A DNA stretch of 63,262 nucleotides, the filler included, from Folioceros fuciformis (Eukaryota): NCBI GenBank assembly GCA_049999805.1. It is 6 parts of 6 records of this genome, joined end to end, with 100 filler letters (N's around TTAATTAATTAA, not from the genome) between each part and the next. Parts side by side here need not be neighbours in the genome. Positions count along the whole stretch, not along the records: positions 1 to 10,095 come from JBNGIO010004174.1; 5 more parts are not named here. One strand, 5' to 3'. Made by a program: the position numbers and the translations under genes. The notes below the pieces were generated by a model. The model did not search any database, was not told where the DNA came from, and worked only from the letters and a program-made list of their open reading frames with translations. This document shows positions 1 through 10,195 of this stretch, piece by piece (the stretch's first letter is position 1; every line of letters starts with the position of its first letter).

Positions 1-1600
1 TAGTTTCCTCAGACTGGGCGAGGTCCCTTCGACATGCAATGATCTCATGTGATAAACCTTGTTGGGAAGTTTGCAACATGGTCACCTGTTGCGTCAACTT
101 CTCCAGTCCTTGCCTTTGCTCACCATCCTTGAGGAGATACTGTTCTCGCTCCTTTTCCAATTCCTGCACTTTGGATTCTAGTCGTGCTTGGTTTGCATCC
201 CGACTTATGTCCTCCTATAGTAGGGTTGCAATCATTGCACGGGCCTCTCCCCAATTGATGTGTTGTAGCTGTTGGCCACACTGAATGATGTTGCTCCACA
301 CTCCCAACGAAGTATCGTTACCTTGGCTTGTGTCGTGTGCTCCTCGGGTTGCTTCCCAATTCATTGGGCTCCTTCTCCCCAAATCTGGTGCTCCACTGTG
401 TGCTTGCACTACTGGTGTCAGCGCCAAATCCCCTACCTGGTACCCTACCTCAACTATTGGCTGGCTTGGTCCAGGATCCCTCACTGTCTCCATCTCAGTT
501 GGGGCGGAATTTAGGGCTGCGGGGGCGGTGACTGATGGTAGCCTTCAGTCCCTTTGCTGCTCCCTAGGTCTCCGTATCAACGAGATGTCATCTTCATCAG
601 ACTCATCATAGGCTGTCATGGCTTATTCGGAATCAAGTGGGGAATCCTCATCCGTAAGAGAGGTTGACACTCCACCGGAAATAAAAGCCTCCCCCTGCAA
701 CGGGACAACTACAAAAGGTTGTTCCGCCTCCTCCAACTCCTCTTGTGTTAACAACCCTTCTGTCTTCCATAAGTGCACCAAGTAAGTCGAGAGGTAGCAA
801 GGACGTACACTCCCCCCTCCCTACCGTTCAACTTGAGCAACTTCTCCCTGTGGTAGGTATACGCCTCATACATAATTAACCCCTAGTCTGGCTTGGCTCC
901 TTGAGTCACTCTCCAAAGGAAGTGGAGGAAAGCATTGCTGAAATATGAGGTGCGTTGATAGTTCACCAATCCTAGAACCACCTTAGTGAACAACCGCCAT
1001 TTGAGCTCCTTGATCATCTCAGCCCTCCACTCATTCTTGGTTCTTGCTAGCTCTCCTCCCAACAGCAATTCTAGTGCCCAAGATGGTAGGGTGGTGCTGG
1101 GTGACCTATGCCCATCTATGGTTTTATCCAGGATTCCAATGTCATCGCTGTCCTCTTCCGACCTACCATACACCTGTCGGATGCTTTGGACAGTCCAACA
1201 CCGAGGGTTCAGGTAGGGCTTCCAACTCCTCCTTCGACTGTTGTAGGTTGGTATAGCACTCTTTCACCAAGCCTTCATAAACATACGACCAGTGTCTGCT
1301 ATATATCCAGTCAAGCTGAATGTTTGCGTCACATGCCCAAGTCCGTAGGTCTATCAAATCCCTTGAGTTCAGTTGGCCCCCAAAGCAAGAAAAGGACGGA
1401 ACATTGGTTTGGGGAGAGCTGGCTGCCCTCGTGGGTCGTCCCCTACTATCGGAACCCACCTGAGTATTGTTGGAGGTCCACGCCATAGTTTATAGAAGAA
1501 AACCCCAAGAATGTCGGTTGCCCTCCTTTACACAAGGTTATACCCCTACCTCCGTAGGCAACTGCTCCCAGCTTTTGTGCAGCTAGTTTCTCGTCCATTG
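1..1600 (-). mobile_element. Degenerate transposon-derived ORF remnant (retrotransposon accessory-ORF-like, C-terminal coiled coil)
   Basis: Chain of broken minus-strand ORFs (1163-1486, 883-1173, 215-493) with stops and frameshifts, ending in an E/Q/L-rich coiled-coil-like stretch (RLESKVQELEKEREQYLLKDGEQRQGLEKLTQQV). No splice pattern and no recognisable host domain; family not identified. Confidence 0.35.
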
Positions 1601-3873
1601 CACGTTTCTCCCTATGACTCTCACCACAGCAAAGCCCTTTCTCTCTCTTTAAGTCCGCTTGGTCACAACAAGTAGGTCCCCGGCGTAGGTGTCTTGTCGC
1701 ACAACTACTTTCTTATTCCCCGCTATGTAGGTAGACGTAGTTCCCTACGTGGAGGTGAGCACCCTTCGTTGATGGGACACCTTAGGTAGGGACCCCTTTA
1801 AATACCCTCTTGTCGTAGGTATATTTCTATATGTAGTAACTACCCTTAATAGATACCCTACATAGGTGTCCCCTTTTCTGTAGGTAGCTTGCCCTTCACA
1901 ACTATATTTCTTACTTGGGTACTACTATATTTTTTACTTGGGTACTACCTCCCACAGAGATATCCTCCCTACGTGAGCATACCTCCATATAGGTAGCCAT
2001 CCCAAAGAAGATAACTTCTTTATAATACTACCCCTTATTATCGCCACTCATCTAACCTACCAAACTAAGACCAAACAAAACTGAAAATGTTATTAGCCGC
2101 TCCCTACCTACTACGGGTATTTGCCAAAAACCTGCATTCCACAATTACGAATATGTGTTGACAACCTTGTTGTGAAATAACGAATACTTAAAATTTTGCG
2201 ATCTTTGCGTATTGATTTGTCTCAAAAATACCAATCCATTTTGCTTAATAATTAACACTTGGATTTAATGATTCATGAATCACAATAATATAAGAAAAAA
2301 AATTATTCAAATTCAGTAGGCTTAAATGGTGTGCACAAGTGCGAGCTCCTACCCTTGGTATCCATACAAATTTCATTCCGATAGGTCTAAACTTTCAAAA
2401 CCCGAAGAACCTTACTTTTCAATCATCGAAACAAAAATGTTGTCTCGCACTTCTTGTTGTGCAATATTACATATAGGTCGTACACATACACATTAGTTTG
2501 AGCTCTTGGTGAAGCGACACCGGAGAATGTTTCAAATATCATCAAGATCCCATGTATTATCATTAGGTAGTTGCTCCTAGGACTTTGTAATGTTATCTCC
2601 TTGTGGATTCGTCTTATCATTTTCCTTCACCTTTGCCTTCTTTTCTATGTGCCCTTGTGTTTGACTGACTAATTCTTGGAGATGAATGGGAGCAGTGCTT
2701 CTATGCACCATTTGTTATGTTTGTGCTAAAGGTTTCGTTGTCGTTCCACTTGTAATGTCTCTTATGACAAATAGGCAATGCCTACTGTGTAAGGCTTCGT
2801 TGTCAACTCCTCCTCGTCAAATGGGAAGAATTCGTATTGTGTTATTTGCTACTCAATGAAAATAGTATNNNNNNNNNNNNNNNNNNNNNNNNNNNNNNNN
2901 NNNNNNNNNNNNNNNNNNNNNNNNNNNNNNNNNNNNNNNNNNNNNNNNNNNNNNNNNNNNNNNNNNNNATAGTTGCATTGGATAGTTGGACAAATGTTAG
3001 AGTGAAACGAAAAAGCTATCCAAAATCAAATTTCTTTTAAAAAAAGCCAGATTTTTTAGGGTTTAGGGTCACAAAAAACGCTTAAAACAGAGTTTTCTTT
3101 ATCACAAAATATGACTTTTTGGATGGGGTTTTGGTTTGTCTCCAAAATATAGAGTTTAACTCTAAAAAGCAAACCTTGTTTGACAAATATCAAACTTGCA
3201 GTATGTTCACAACCTTGTTATTTTGGGAGTCTATAGGCTTAAGTAGGCCTAAATGAAACCATTCTTGCAAGTAAGCTCGAGTAGGCCTAAACGAAATGGG
3301 ATTGTAGAGGAAAGTATATTGGCGTGATGGGAAAGCTTGGTGTATAGGCTAGTCGAAAGCAAAGTGATTGCCCCTTAACTCAAATAAGAATGCCATCAAG
3401 TTCATGTTAATCTACATAGGGATGGATGGGTCTAGGAGGACATATTAGAAAGCCTAGTGAATAGATGATGAATTGCAAAGTCTAGTCAAATTGCTTCTTT
3501 GCTGCTAATGCATATGGGCTCTTGAAACAACAAAGGTCAAGCTGAAAAAAGGAGAAAGTTCTTGTCGAATCTAAAGAAATCATGTCCCTATACTATCTTA
3601 AGAAGATTTAGGGAGGGAAGAAGGGGAAGATTCCCTTCTCCACATTAGGTACAATGTCGAAAAAATGTCCTTTATTGAAGAATAAAAAGGAGGTTGAGAT
3701 AGCTTAACCATGAAAAAAAAAGCTCTTAGTAGGCTAATGCCCCCAATTTGCATTGGCATAAGCGCTTGTTAGCAGGCTAAGTCGTCTCTTGAGCATTGGA
3801 GGGCTCTAGGCCTATTAAGTCCCTGAAAGTATTCATAATCTTCTTGTCATTGTAAACAAACGTCATAGGAAAT

Positions 3874-4205
3874 ATTGAAGATGAGTCTGTAAACAAAGCA
3901 CTAGACAAAATTGAAGATGAGTATGCAAACAGACGCACTAGGCCGTATTGAAGATGAATATGTAAACAAAGCACTTGACAAAATTGAAGATGAGTATGCA
4001 AATAGACGCACTAGGCCATATTGAAGATAAATATGTAAACAAAGCACTTGACAAAATTGAAGATGAGTATGCAAATAGACGCCCTAGGCAAAATTGAAGA
4101 TGAGTATGCAAACAAATGCCTAGGCAATATTGAAGATGAATATGTAAACAAAGCACTTGGCAAAATTGAAGATGAGTCTGCAAATAATGCCCTAGGCAAA
4201 ATTGT
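3874..4205. repeat. Tandem minisatellite, ~9 copies of a 36/37-bp unit
   Basis: ATTGAAGAT core recurs at 3874, 3910, 3947, 3983, 4020, 4056, 4093, 4129 and 4165. Unit is approximately ATTGAAGATGAGTATG(C/T)AAACAAAGCACTAGGCAAA. Confidence 0.9.
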
Positions 4206-4561
4206 AATCAACCTACTAGTAGTTTGACATTAAAGTTAGCAACCACCATCCTATTCCAAGGGCCTTGTGTGGAGGAAAATAACATGCTAGGATATGGAGC
4301 TTAGACACTTCTTCCTCAACAAGGAGGCTCGGGTCTCCTCCATTTCGTAAAATTTGAATATATATATATCACTAGCTCCTCCTCGCAGACTTAGAGAGGC
4401 TGCTAAAATTAACACCTTTGAAACCCCACAATACCTTATTCATAGTGCTCGTGTTCTATGCTGAGTTATGCTGAGTTATCCCGCTATATTGGACACACGA
4501 TGTTCGTTTTGTCATGCCCTGCCCGATCATTAAAATAATAAAAACTGATAAAATGAAATGA

Positions 4562-5909
4562 TTAGATACCCTCCCAATCCTCCGTTTGTGTGTACCTAAT
4601 GGCCCTAGTCTCGTCATCCTCAGAACAGAGCTGTGACAGTTGAAGTTCCGGCAATTGGATGGTAGAGGACCGTGCTATCAGACGGAGAACCATGTCGCGT
4701 ATCCATTCCGGAGATAACCGAAGTTGCCGGTTCAGCTCATCCCGCAAATCGCTATGTACCCTGAGCCAGTTACCCAGTATTCGATGGACGTGCGCCCGAA
4801 CCATTCGCATTGGAACTGGATACTTGTCACAAAATTGCAAGTATTCCAGCACAAGGTTGGGAGCATCGACGCCGTCAGTGGACTGCCCGCTACTATGGAA
4901 CATCACTTGGCTGTCCGATTGGTCGCCGGTGCTACCGTGCTGACTACCTTCCTGAACGGGCAATACACGACGACCGGAAAAAAGAGCAGGATTTTCAAGC
5001 AATGCTTCGGCGGACATGACCCCGTCAACCCCAGTGAATTTGAGGCAGTCGTACGCATCCTCCAACCAGCGTACGTTCCCATTAGCAATCACGGGTATTC
5101 TCACCGCTTCCTTCACAGCACGAATAGCATTCCAGTCCGCTCGAATGGTCTTCCCACACTTCTGATCCCGAGTCCTTCCGTGGACGGCCAAGAGAGAACA
5201 GCCAGCTTCCTGTAGCATCTGCGCATAGGCAAGGGTGTCCTCCAATTTCTCGTGGATGCGGATCTTACAGGAAACTGGAACTGAAAGGCTGGATGCCATT
5301 TTTGAAACAAGAGCATGGATGAGTGGTTTGTTATCCATCAAGAACGCTCCATAGTTCCCCCGCTTGGCAATCCGCTGCGGGCACCTGTCATCAACGGAAG
5401 CCTTTAGCACACGGCACTACAGCGTCATTGATCTCAACAGGTGGAGACAAAGCAAGTATACTCACCCCAAATTTAGGTCAACATAGTCGCAGTGGGGAGC
5501 TACAAGCGTTGCTGCTTGGACGAGAGTGTCAGGGTCGTTAGCGCAGAACTGCACAAACAGCGGCCTGTCCTCCTGCATCACACCAGACTAAGAATCCGTG
5601 CTATCCAGCAGCAAGGAGCTTCCAATGCCCCCAACCATCCGCGCAAGCAAACAAACAAGTCCGCCATACCGGGCAGGTGGTGAACTCGGAGCGGTACTTG
5701 GGAGTAGTAGCGAAGAGTCTCGCGTGGAGCATGGGGGTGTATGCTGCCTTGGCTCCATATTTCCGGCACATCATGCGGAACGGGAGCTCAGACTGGTCTA
5801 CCATGGGAGCCACGATGAACTTTGGAGCTCCCAGGCTGTGCCAGTACAGCCATGCCCTTTGGATGCGCTTCTCTACGGAAGACCAAGCGGAGGAATCGTC
5901 GTCCGACAT
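4562..5909 (-). CDS. DUS1: tRNA-dihydrouridine(16/17) synthase DUS1-like; exons 5909-5670, 5572-5466, 5384-4562
   Basis: Motifs [53 protein letters not shown] (catalytic Cys), VHGRT and VIANGNV. GT-AG introns restore the frame. The ATG at 5909 is the first in-frame Met after an in-frame TAG at 5945-5943. Confidence 0.93.
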
Positions 5910-6033
5910 ACTGCGCCGGCAGAAGCGACCGAGCTGGGGCAACTAGGTCAAGATGATGCCTGATGCTACTGTGCAGCATGTATATGTAGATATTAGGGCC
6001 AGCTGCTCTAGTGGCTGCTCAGCAGCAGTAGCC

Positions 6034-7507
6034 ATGGCGGCAGCAGCGGGCCTCAGCATGAGCTTGAGTCTAAGAGGGAGGGGCGGCCACTGGTGTGAAT
6101 GCAGCGGGCACGTCACCGTCTCGAGTTGCAGGCGATTGTCAGTGAGGGTGTCGGCATACGCAGCGCCGGTGTTGCAGCAGCTGACTGCTGCAGAGCCGGA
6201 AGCTGTGTACAGCCGCGTTAAGGCCTTTGCACCTGCCACCGTCGCTAATCTGGGGCCAGGTTTCGACTTCCTGGGCTGCGCGGTGGATCACTTGGGAGAC
6301 CTGGTTACTGTGGAGGTAAGCGAAGTCGTAACCGTGTGTGTGATGTGTTTGTTGCGATTCATTTGCACCAACTTTGCTTTGAGTTGTGGACGAAGGTGTC
6401 GGAGAAGGTTCCGCCGGGGGAAGTGGCCATATCCGCGGTAACTGGTGATAATGGGAGGCTGAGTTCATGCGCCGACGACAATTGCGCCGGTATCGCTGCC
6501 AAGGCAACTTTGCAACTGCTGGGGGTTCGATCCTTAGGCCTGTCTTTGTCGCTGCACAAAGGGCTGCCTCTGGGCAGCGGGCTTGGTTCCAGCGCAGCCA
6601 GTGCAGCTGCAGCGGCCGTTGCGGTGGGTACCAAACTCCGGAATTTTTCTCCTCTGTCCCCTCGCTGGATGCGTTTGTGTTCACTGTTCCAGGTGGTTGT
6701 GCTGTAGGTGAATGGGGTTTTCGGAAGCCCGCTTACCAAGGATCAATTGGTGCAAGCTGGATTGAAATCCGAGGCGGCTGTGAGTGGTTACCATGCCGAC
6801 AATGTTGCTCCTTCTATCTTGGGCGGTTTTGTATTAGTGCGCAGTTACAACCCTCTGCAACTCCTCCGGCTTGCATTTCCTTCCGACAAAAGCCTCTTTT
6901 TCGTCATCGTTTCACCAGACTTCGAAGCGCCGACCAAAGAAATGCGTGCCGTACTACCCACTGAGGTCCGGTGAACTTCGTCTTTCGCCCGTTGTTTCTT
7001 TCTGAATTGTGGAGCGACTTGTGCCTAGAGTCTGTTCTGTGCCATCTGTTCAGGTTTCCTTGAAGGACCACATTTTCAATTGCAGTCAAGCTGCGGCTCT
7101 TGTCTCCTCTATTGTGCTAGGGGATGTAGCCTTGCTCGGTGCTACGCTCTGTAAGCGCCTCCTGCCCACCTCAAGTACGTTGTAGTATCGTGCTTCTGTG
7201 GTATTTACGTCTGACGTGTTTGCCCTCTCCACTTGTCACAGCTTCAGACTCTATTGTCGTGCCCAGACGGGCTCCGCTGATTCCCGGGATGGAGGCGGTA
7301 ATAAAGGCCTCATTGGCATCACATGCTTACGGTTGTAGTGTAAGCGGAGCAGGCCCAACTGCTGTTGCCATCACTGACTCTGCCGACAGAGGCAGGGAGA
7401 TAGGTGCTAGTATGGTACGAGCCTTCCAAGTATCTGGGAAGTTGGGGTCTAATGCTTCTGTTCATCAGCTTGACAGAGAAGGCGCTCGAGTCATCGAACA
7501 ATGGTAG
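6034..7507 (+). CDS. HSK: Homoserine kinase with plastid transit peptide; exons 6034-6315, 6396-6623, 6708-6965, 7054-7150, 7242-7507
   Basis: APATVANLGPGFDFLGCA, GHMP motif KGLPLGSGLGSSAAS, HADNVAP and SVSGAGPT. Ala/Ser/Arg-rich N-terminus. Four GT-AG introns give a continuous frame. An upstream in-frame ATG at 5953 is an alternative start. Confidence 0.95.
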
Positions 7508-7636
7508 TTCAGTTTGTTTTCGACGTCAAATAACCTCACCTGAAAGCAAAATACTATTTGCTCGGATAACGCAAATATGTGCTTCACAAGCTGACGTAAT
7601 GCGTTTCTGTTTCCTTAATTTTGCTCTACGGCCCTG

Positions 7637-9178
7637 TCAATTCAGCAAGCCCCCATACGAAGTAGGTCGCGAGAGTCGAATGCGCCGTCTTTCGCTCAGC
7701 TCCTTCACCTGGTGAAGTAGTCTAGAAATTCTCTGTATTGTAAGCCCACAGATTAGTTCGAGGGATCGCCGGTTTAAGAATCTGAGCAGGGAAATAGGGA
7801 CCCAGGAAGAAGTAAAGCAGAGAGAGACTAGTCTTCCCACATGCATAAGATATCCTTCATTGACCAGCACAACAGTATGCCACAGCATGTTATTCCCGAC
7901 TCCAGTCGCACAGAACCAATCATCCGCAACATACGAAGAGTCCCGTCTCTCCCCGCCACAAGACCCTCCGTTCACGCCATGGACAAGACTTTGAGCGGGA
8001 CAGCACATGACCACTGCCCAAGCAGACAAACAAGTGTGCGAAACGAACCAACACTCCACCTTACACCATGATACGGAACTTCCCCTTACATCATCTCTGG
8101 AGCACAGCTGCAGCCGAAGTTGTTGATTTTGGTAACGTTCACGCTGCCAGCGTTGCCCGAGAATCACCAGTCCCATCACAGCTGCAGCTAACGCAATAGA
8201 CCACAAGGTGTTAGCTTGCCTGGCCTGCACAAAACATTGTGCTACTCTCCGCTTCCACCATGCGTCGCAGGTGTATTGGACGTCACTCTTCAAGACACAC
8301 GTCTTCTCATCCAATAGCACCGGCACATCCTCCGTTGCATCCACCTCCTTAGCCGGCACCAGATCCGCCCCATCGTCAGTGTGACAACCCTGAATAGTTC
8401 GGTCGAGAGGCACTTTCCCTTGCCCCTCCTGAAGCACAAAGGTCGGTTCTCCTTCGACCTCCTCAGCATGATCCACGTTCAGTTCAGCGGCACCCTTCCC
8501 AAGCGCATGCCCATCTTTCACGCCAGAGTGGCTGGCCACCGAGGCTACGGAACCCGCTACAGCAGGCGAGAAAGGGACAGAACTCGGACCGAGACCTTCG
8601 AGAGGATAAGAGATCTCCGGTCCACCATCCCAGCCTGAATTGAAGCCGGAACCCAGCGAACTCTCGCTTAGGGTCAAGCTCGCAGCGCGATACGGACCAA
8701 CAGGCACACCGCCCGGAGTGGAAGCCAGATGGATGGAAGCAGGGTCAATCCAGTCCTTCTCACATGGTTGAGGTGCTCCTTCTGCAGAACCACGCCCCTC
8801 TGCAGGATCTTCCACCTGAGAAGTATCATGCGGATCCGAAACGGACGCACCCGGGGATTGGCAAGCTTTCGTACCTGAGCCTGCCCGCAAGGAGAGATTT
8901 TCATCCAGCTGCTCTGCGGAGGGGACCATGAAATGCTGGGAGTGGAGAAGAGAAAAATCGACCCCAGATGATCCGCCACCGGCGGTGTTCATGTCTGAAG
9001 CCATGAGAAACGTGCTGCCATCCATGGGCGCACCAGCCAAGAAGGATGAGGGCACACACAGGCCAGACATGGAACCCGAAATCACCTCCCATTCTTGGGG
9101 CACCCGACTGGGGCTGTCCTCACTGTCGCCGCCAGTGTCAGCCATTACTTGCTTCACTTGATTCTTGAATGACACCAT
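7637..9178 (-). CDS. ATI1: ATG8-interacting protein ATI1/ATI2-like; exons 9178-8090, 7732-7637
   Basis: N-terminal AIM motif EWEVI. Conserved C-terminal block CDAWWKRR...ANTLWSIALAAAVMGLVILGQRWQRER with one TM helix, matching plant ATI1/2. Intron GTAAGG (8089)...ATACAG (7733). Confidence 0.8.
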   Translation of the reverse strand: MVSFKNQVKQVMADTGGDSEDSPSRVPQEWEVISGSMSGLCVPSSFLAGAPMDGSTFLMASDMNTAGGGSSGVDFSLLHSQHFMVPSAEQLDENLSLRAGSGTKACQSPGASVSDPHDTSQVEDPAEGRGSAEGAPQPCEKDWIDPASIHLASTPGGVPVGPYRAASLTLSESSLGSGFNSGWDGGPEISYPLEGLGPSSVPFSPAVAGSVASVASHSGVKDGHALGKGAAELNVDHAEEVEGEPTFVLQEGQGKVPLDRTIQGCHTDDGADLVPAKEVDATEDVPVLLDEKTCVLKSDVQYTCDAWWKRRVAQCFVQARQANTLWSIALAAAVMGLVILGQRWQRERYQNQQLRLQLCSRDDVRGSSVSWCKVECWFVSHTCLSAWAVVMCCPAQSLVHGVNGGSCGGERRDSSYVADDWFCATGVGNNMLWHTVVLVNEGYLMHVGRLVSLCFTSSWVPISLLRFLNRRSLELICGLTIQRISRLLHQVKELSERRRIRLSRPTSYGGLLN

Positions 9179-9532
9179 CGCATCCTGGCCTCCCTGCTTA
9201 TTTACGTTAGGTCTACATGACTGACCCCAGTTCCGAAAATCCTAACCCGCTTCAGTCCAGTCTCAGTGTTTCAAGGAATGCATGCGTCATAAGGCGGATG
9301 AGCTAATCAAATAGAGGTTACCTCACTACATATGTCACCTTACCACAGGTACAGTGCCGCACCATTACCGTCATGCTTCCGTGCAATAGGAACTTCGTAT
9401 TGCTGGGGCCTCCAGGCTCTCACGCAACCTCCATAGAACGCATGTCCCATTAACCCGAGAATGACCGACACCGCACCTTTTCAACTCCAAGCGTTCTTCA
9501 AGTACATTGCGGTGTTCGTTTTGGATCGTGAC

Positions 9533-9604
9533 ATTCATTCTTTTTACCTTTGATCAGGATTGATCGTGATTTTCATTCTTTTTACCTTTGATCAGGATTG
9601 ATCT
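9533..9604. repeat. Short direct duplication (~39-bp unit, 2 copies) upstream of the ATI-like gene
   Basis: TTCATTCTTTTTACCTTTGATCAGGATTGATC occurs twice in tandem. Confidence 0.8.
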
Positions 9605-9974
9605 GGGCAATCTCAAGCTTGTCTACTAGTCCTGAGTAATGAGATGAACAAAATACTTTCTTGCATAACATCCAATACCTAATATATAGCAATAACTAGA
9701 CTTAAATATTTCTGACACCTAAAACAAACGGCTCGTTTATGAATTAGGGCTACATGTACAATGACAACGAGCTATTTCGAAACAATAGTCCCTTGGTAAA
9801 ACCCTAAACTTAAAACAACTACTAAATTGAGAAGGTTTTTAATTTAATAGTTGCTTAAAGTTTTTATTCTTGCATTCCCATACATAGTAAAAGTAACGGA
9901 TATATGTGATGAAGGTTGTTCTCAGCATAGATGGGACTTTCCATCTCTTTTTCAATAATAAAAAATACACATGT

Positions 9975-10095
9975 TCCATACAATATATATTTCTAAGTTG
10001 ATAGTTACTAAAAATGATATATATTTCTAAGTTCATAGTTACGAAATATGATATATATTTCTACGTTCATAGTTACTAAAAATGATATATATTTC
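9975..10095. repeat. AT-rich tandem repeat (~35 bp) running into the scaffold end
   Basis: ATATATATTTCTAAGTTCATAGTTAC(T/G)AAA..TG repeated about 3.5 times. Confidence 0.75.
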
Positions 10096-10195
10096 NNNNN
10101 NNNNNNNNNNNNNNNNNNNNNNNNNNNNNNNNNNNNNNNTTAATTAATTAANNNNNNNNNNNNNNNNNNNNNNNNNNNNNNNNNNNNNNNNNNNN
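10096..10195. other. Artificial scaffold linker (six-frame stop spacer); identical linkers at 14183-14282, 30355-30454, 36933-37032 and 61165-61264
   Basis: 44 N + TTAATTAATTAA + 44 N, identical five times. TTAATTAATTAA places a stop codon in all six frames. Confidence 0.97.

Noticed and set aside
3874..4205. CRISPR-like appearance (36-37-bp periodicity)
   Set aside because: Units are head-to-tail with no unique spacers, there are no cas genes, and the context is eukaryotic.
10140..10151. TTAATTAATTAA as a recurrent regulatory palindrome
   Set aside because: Always centred in N padding; it is a synthetic six-frame stop.
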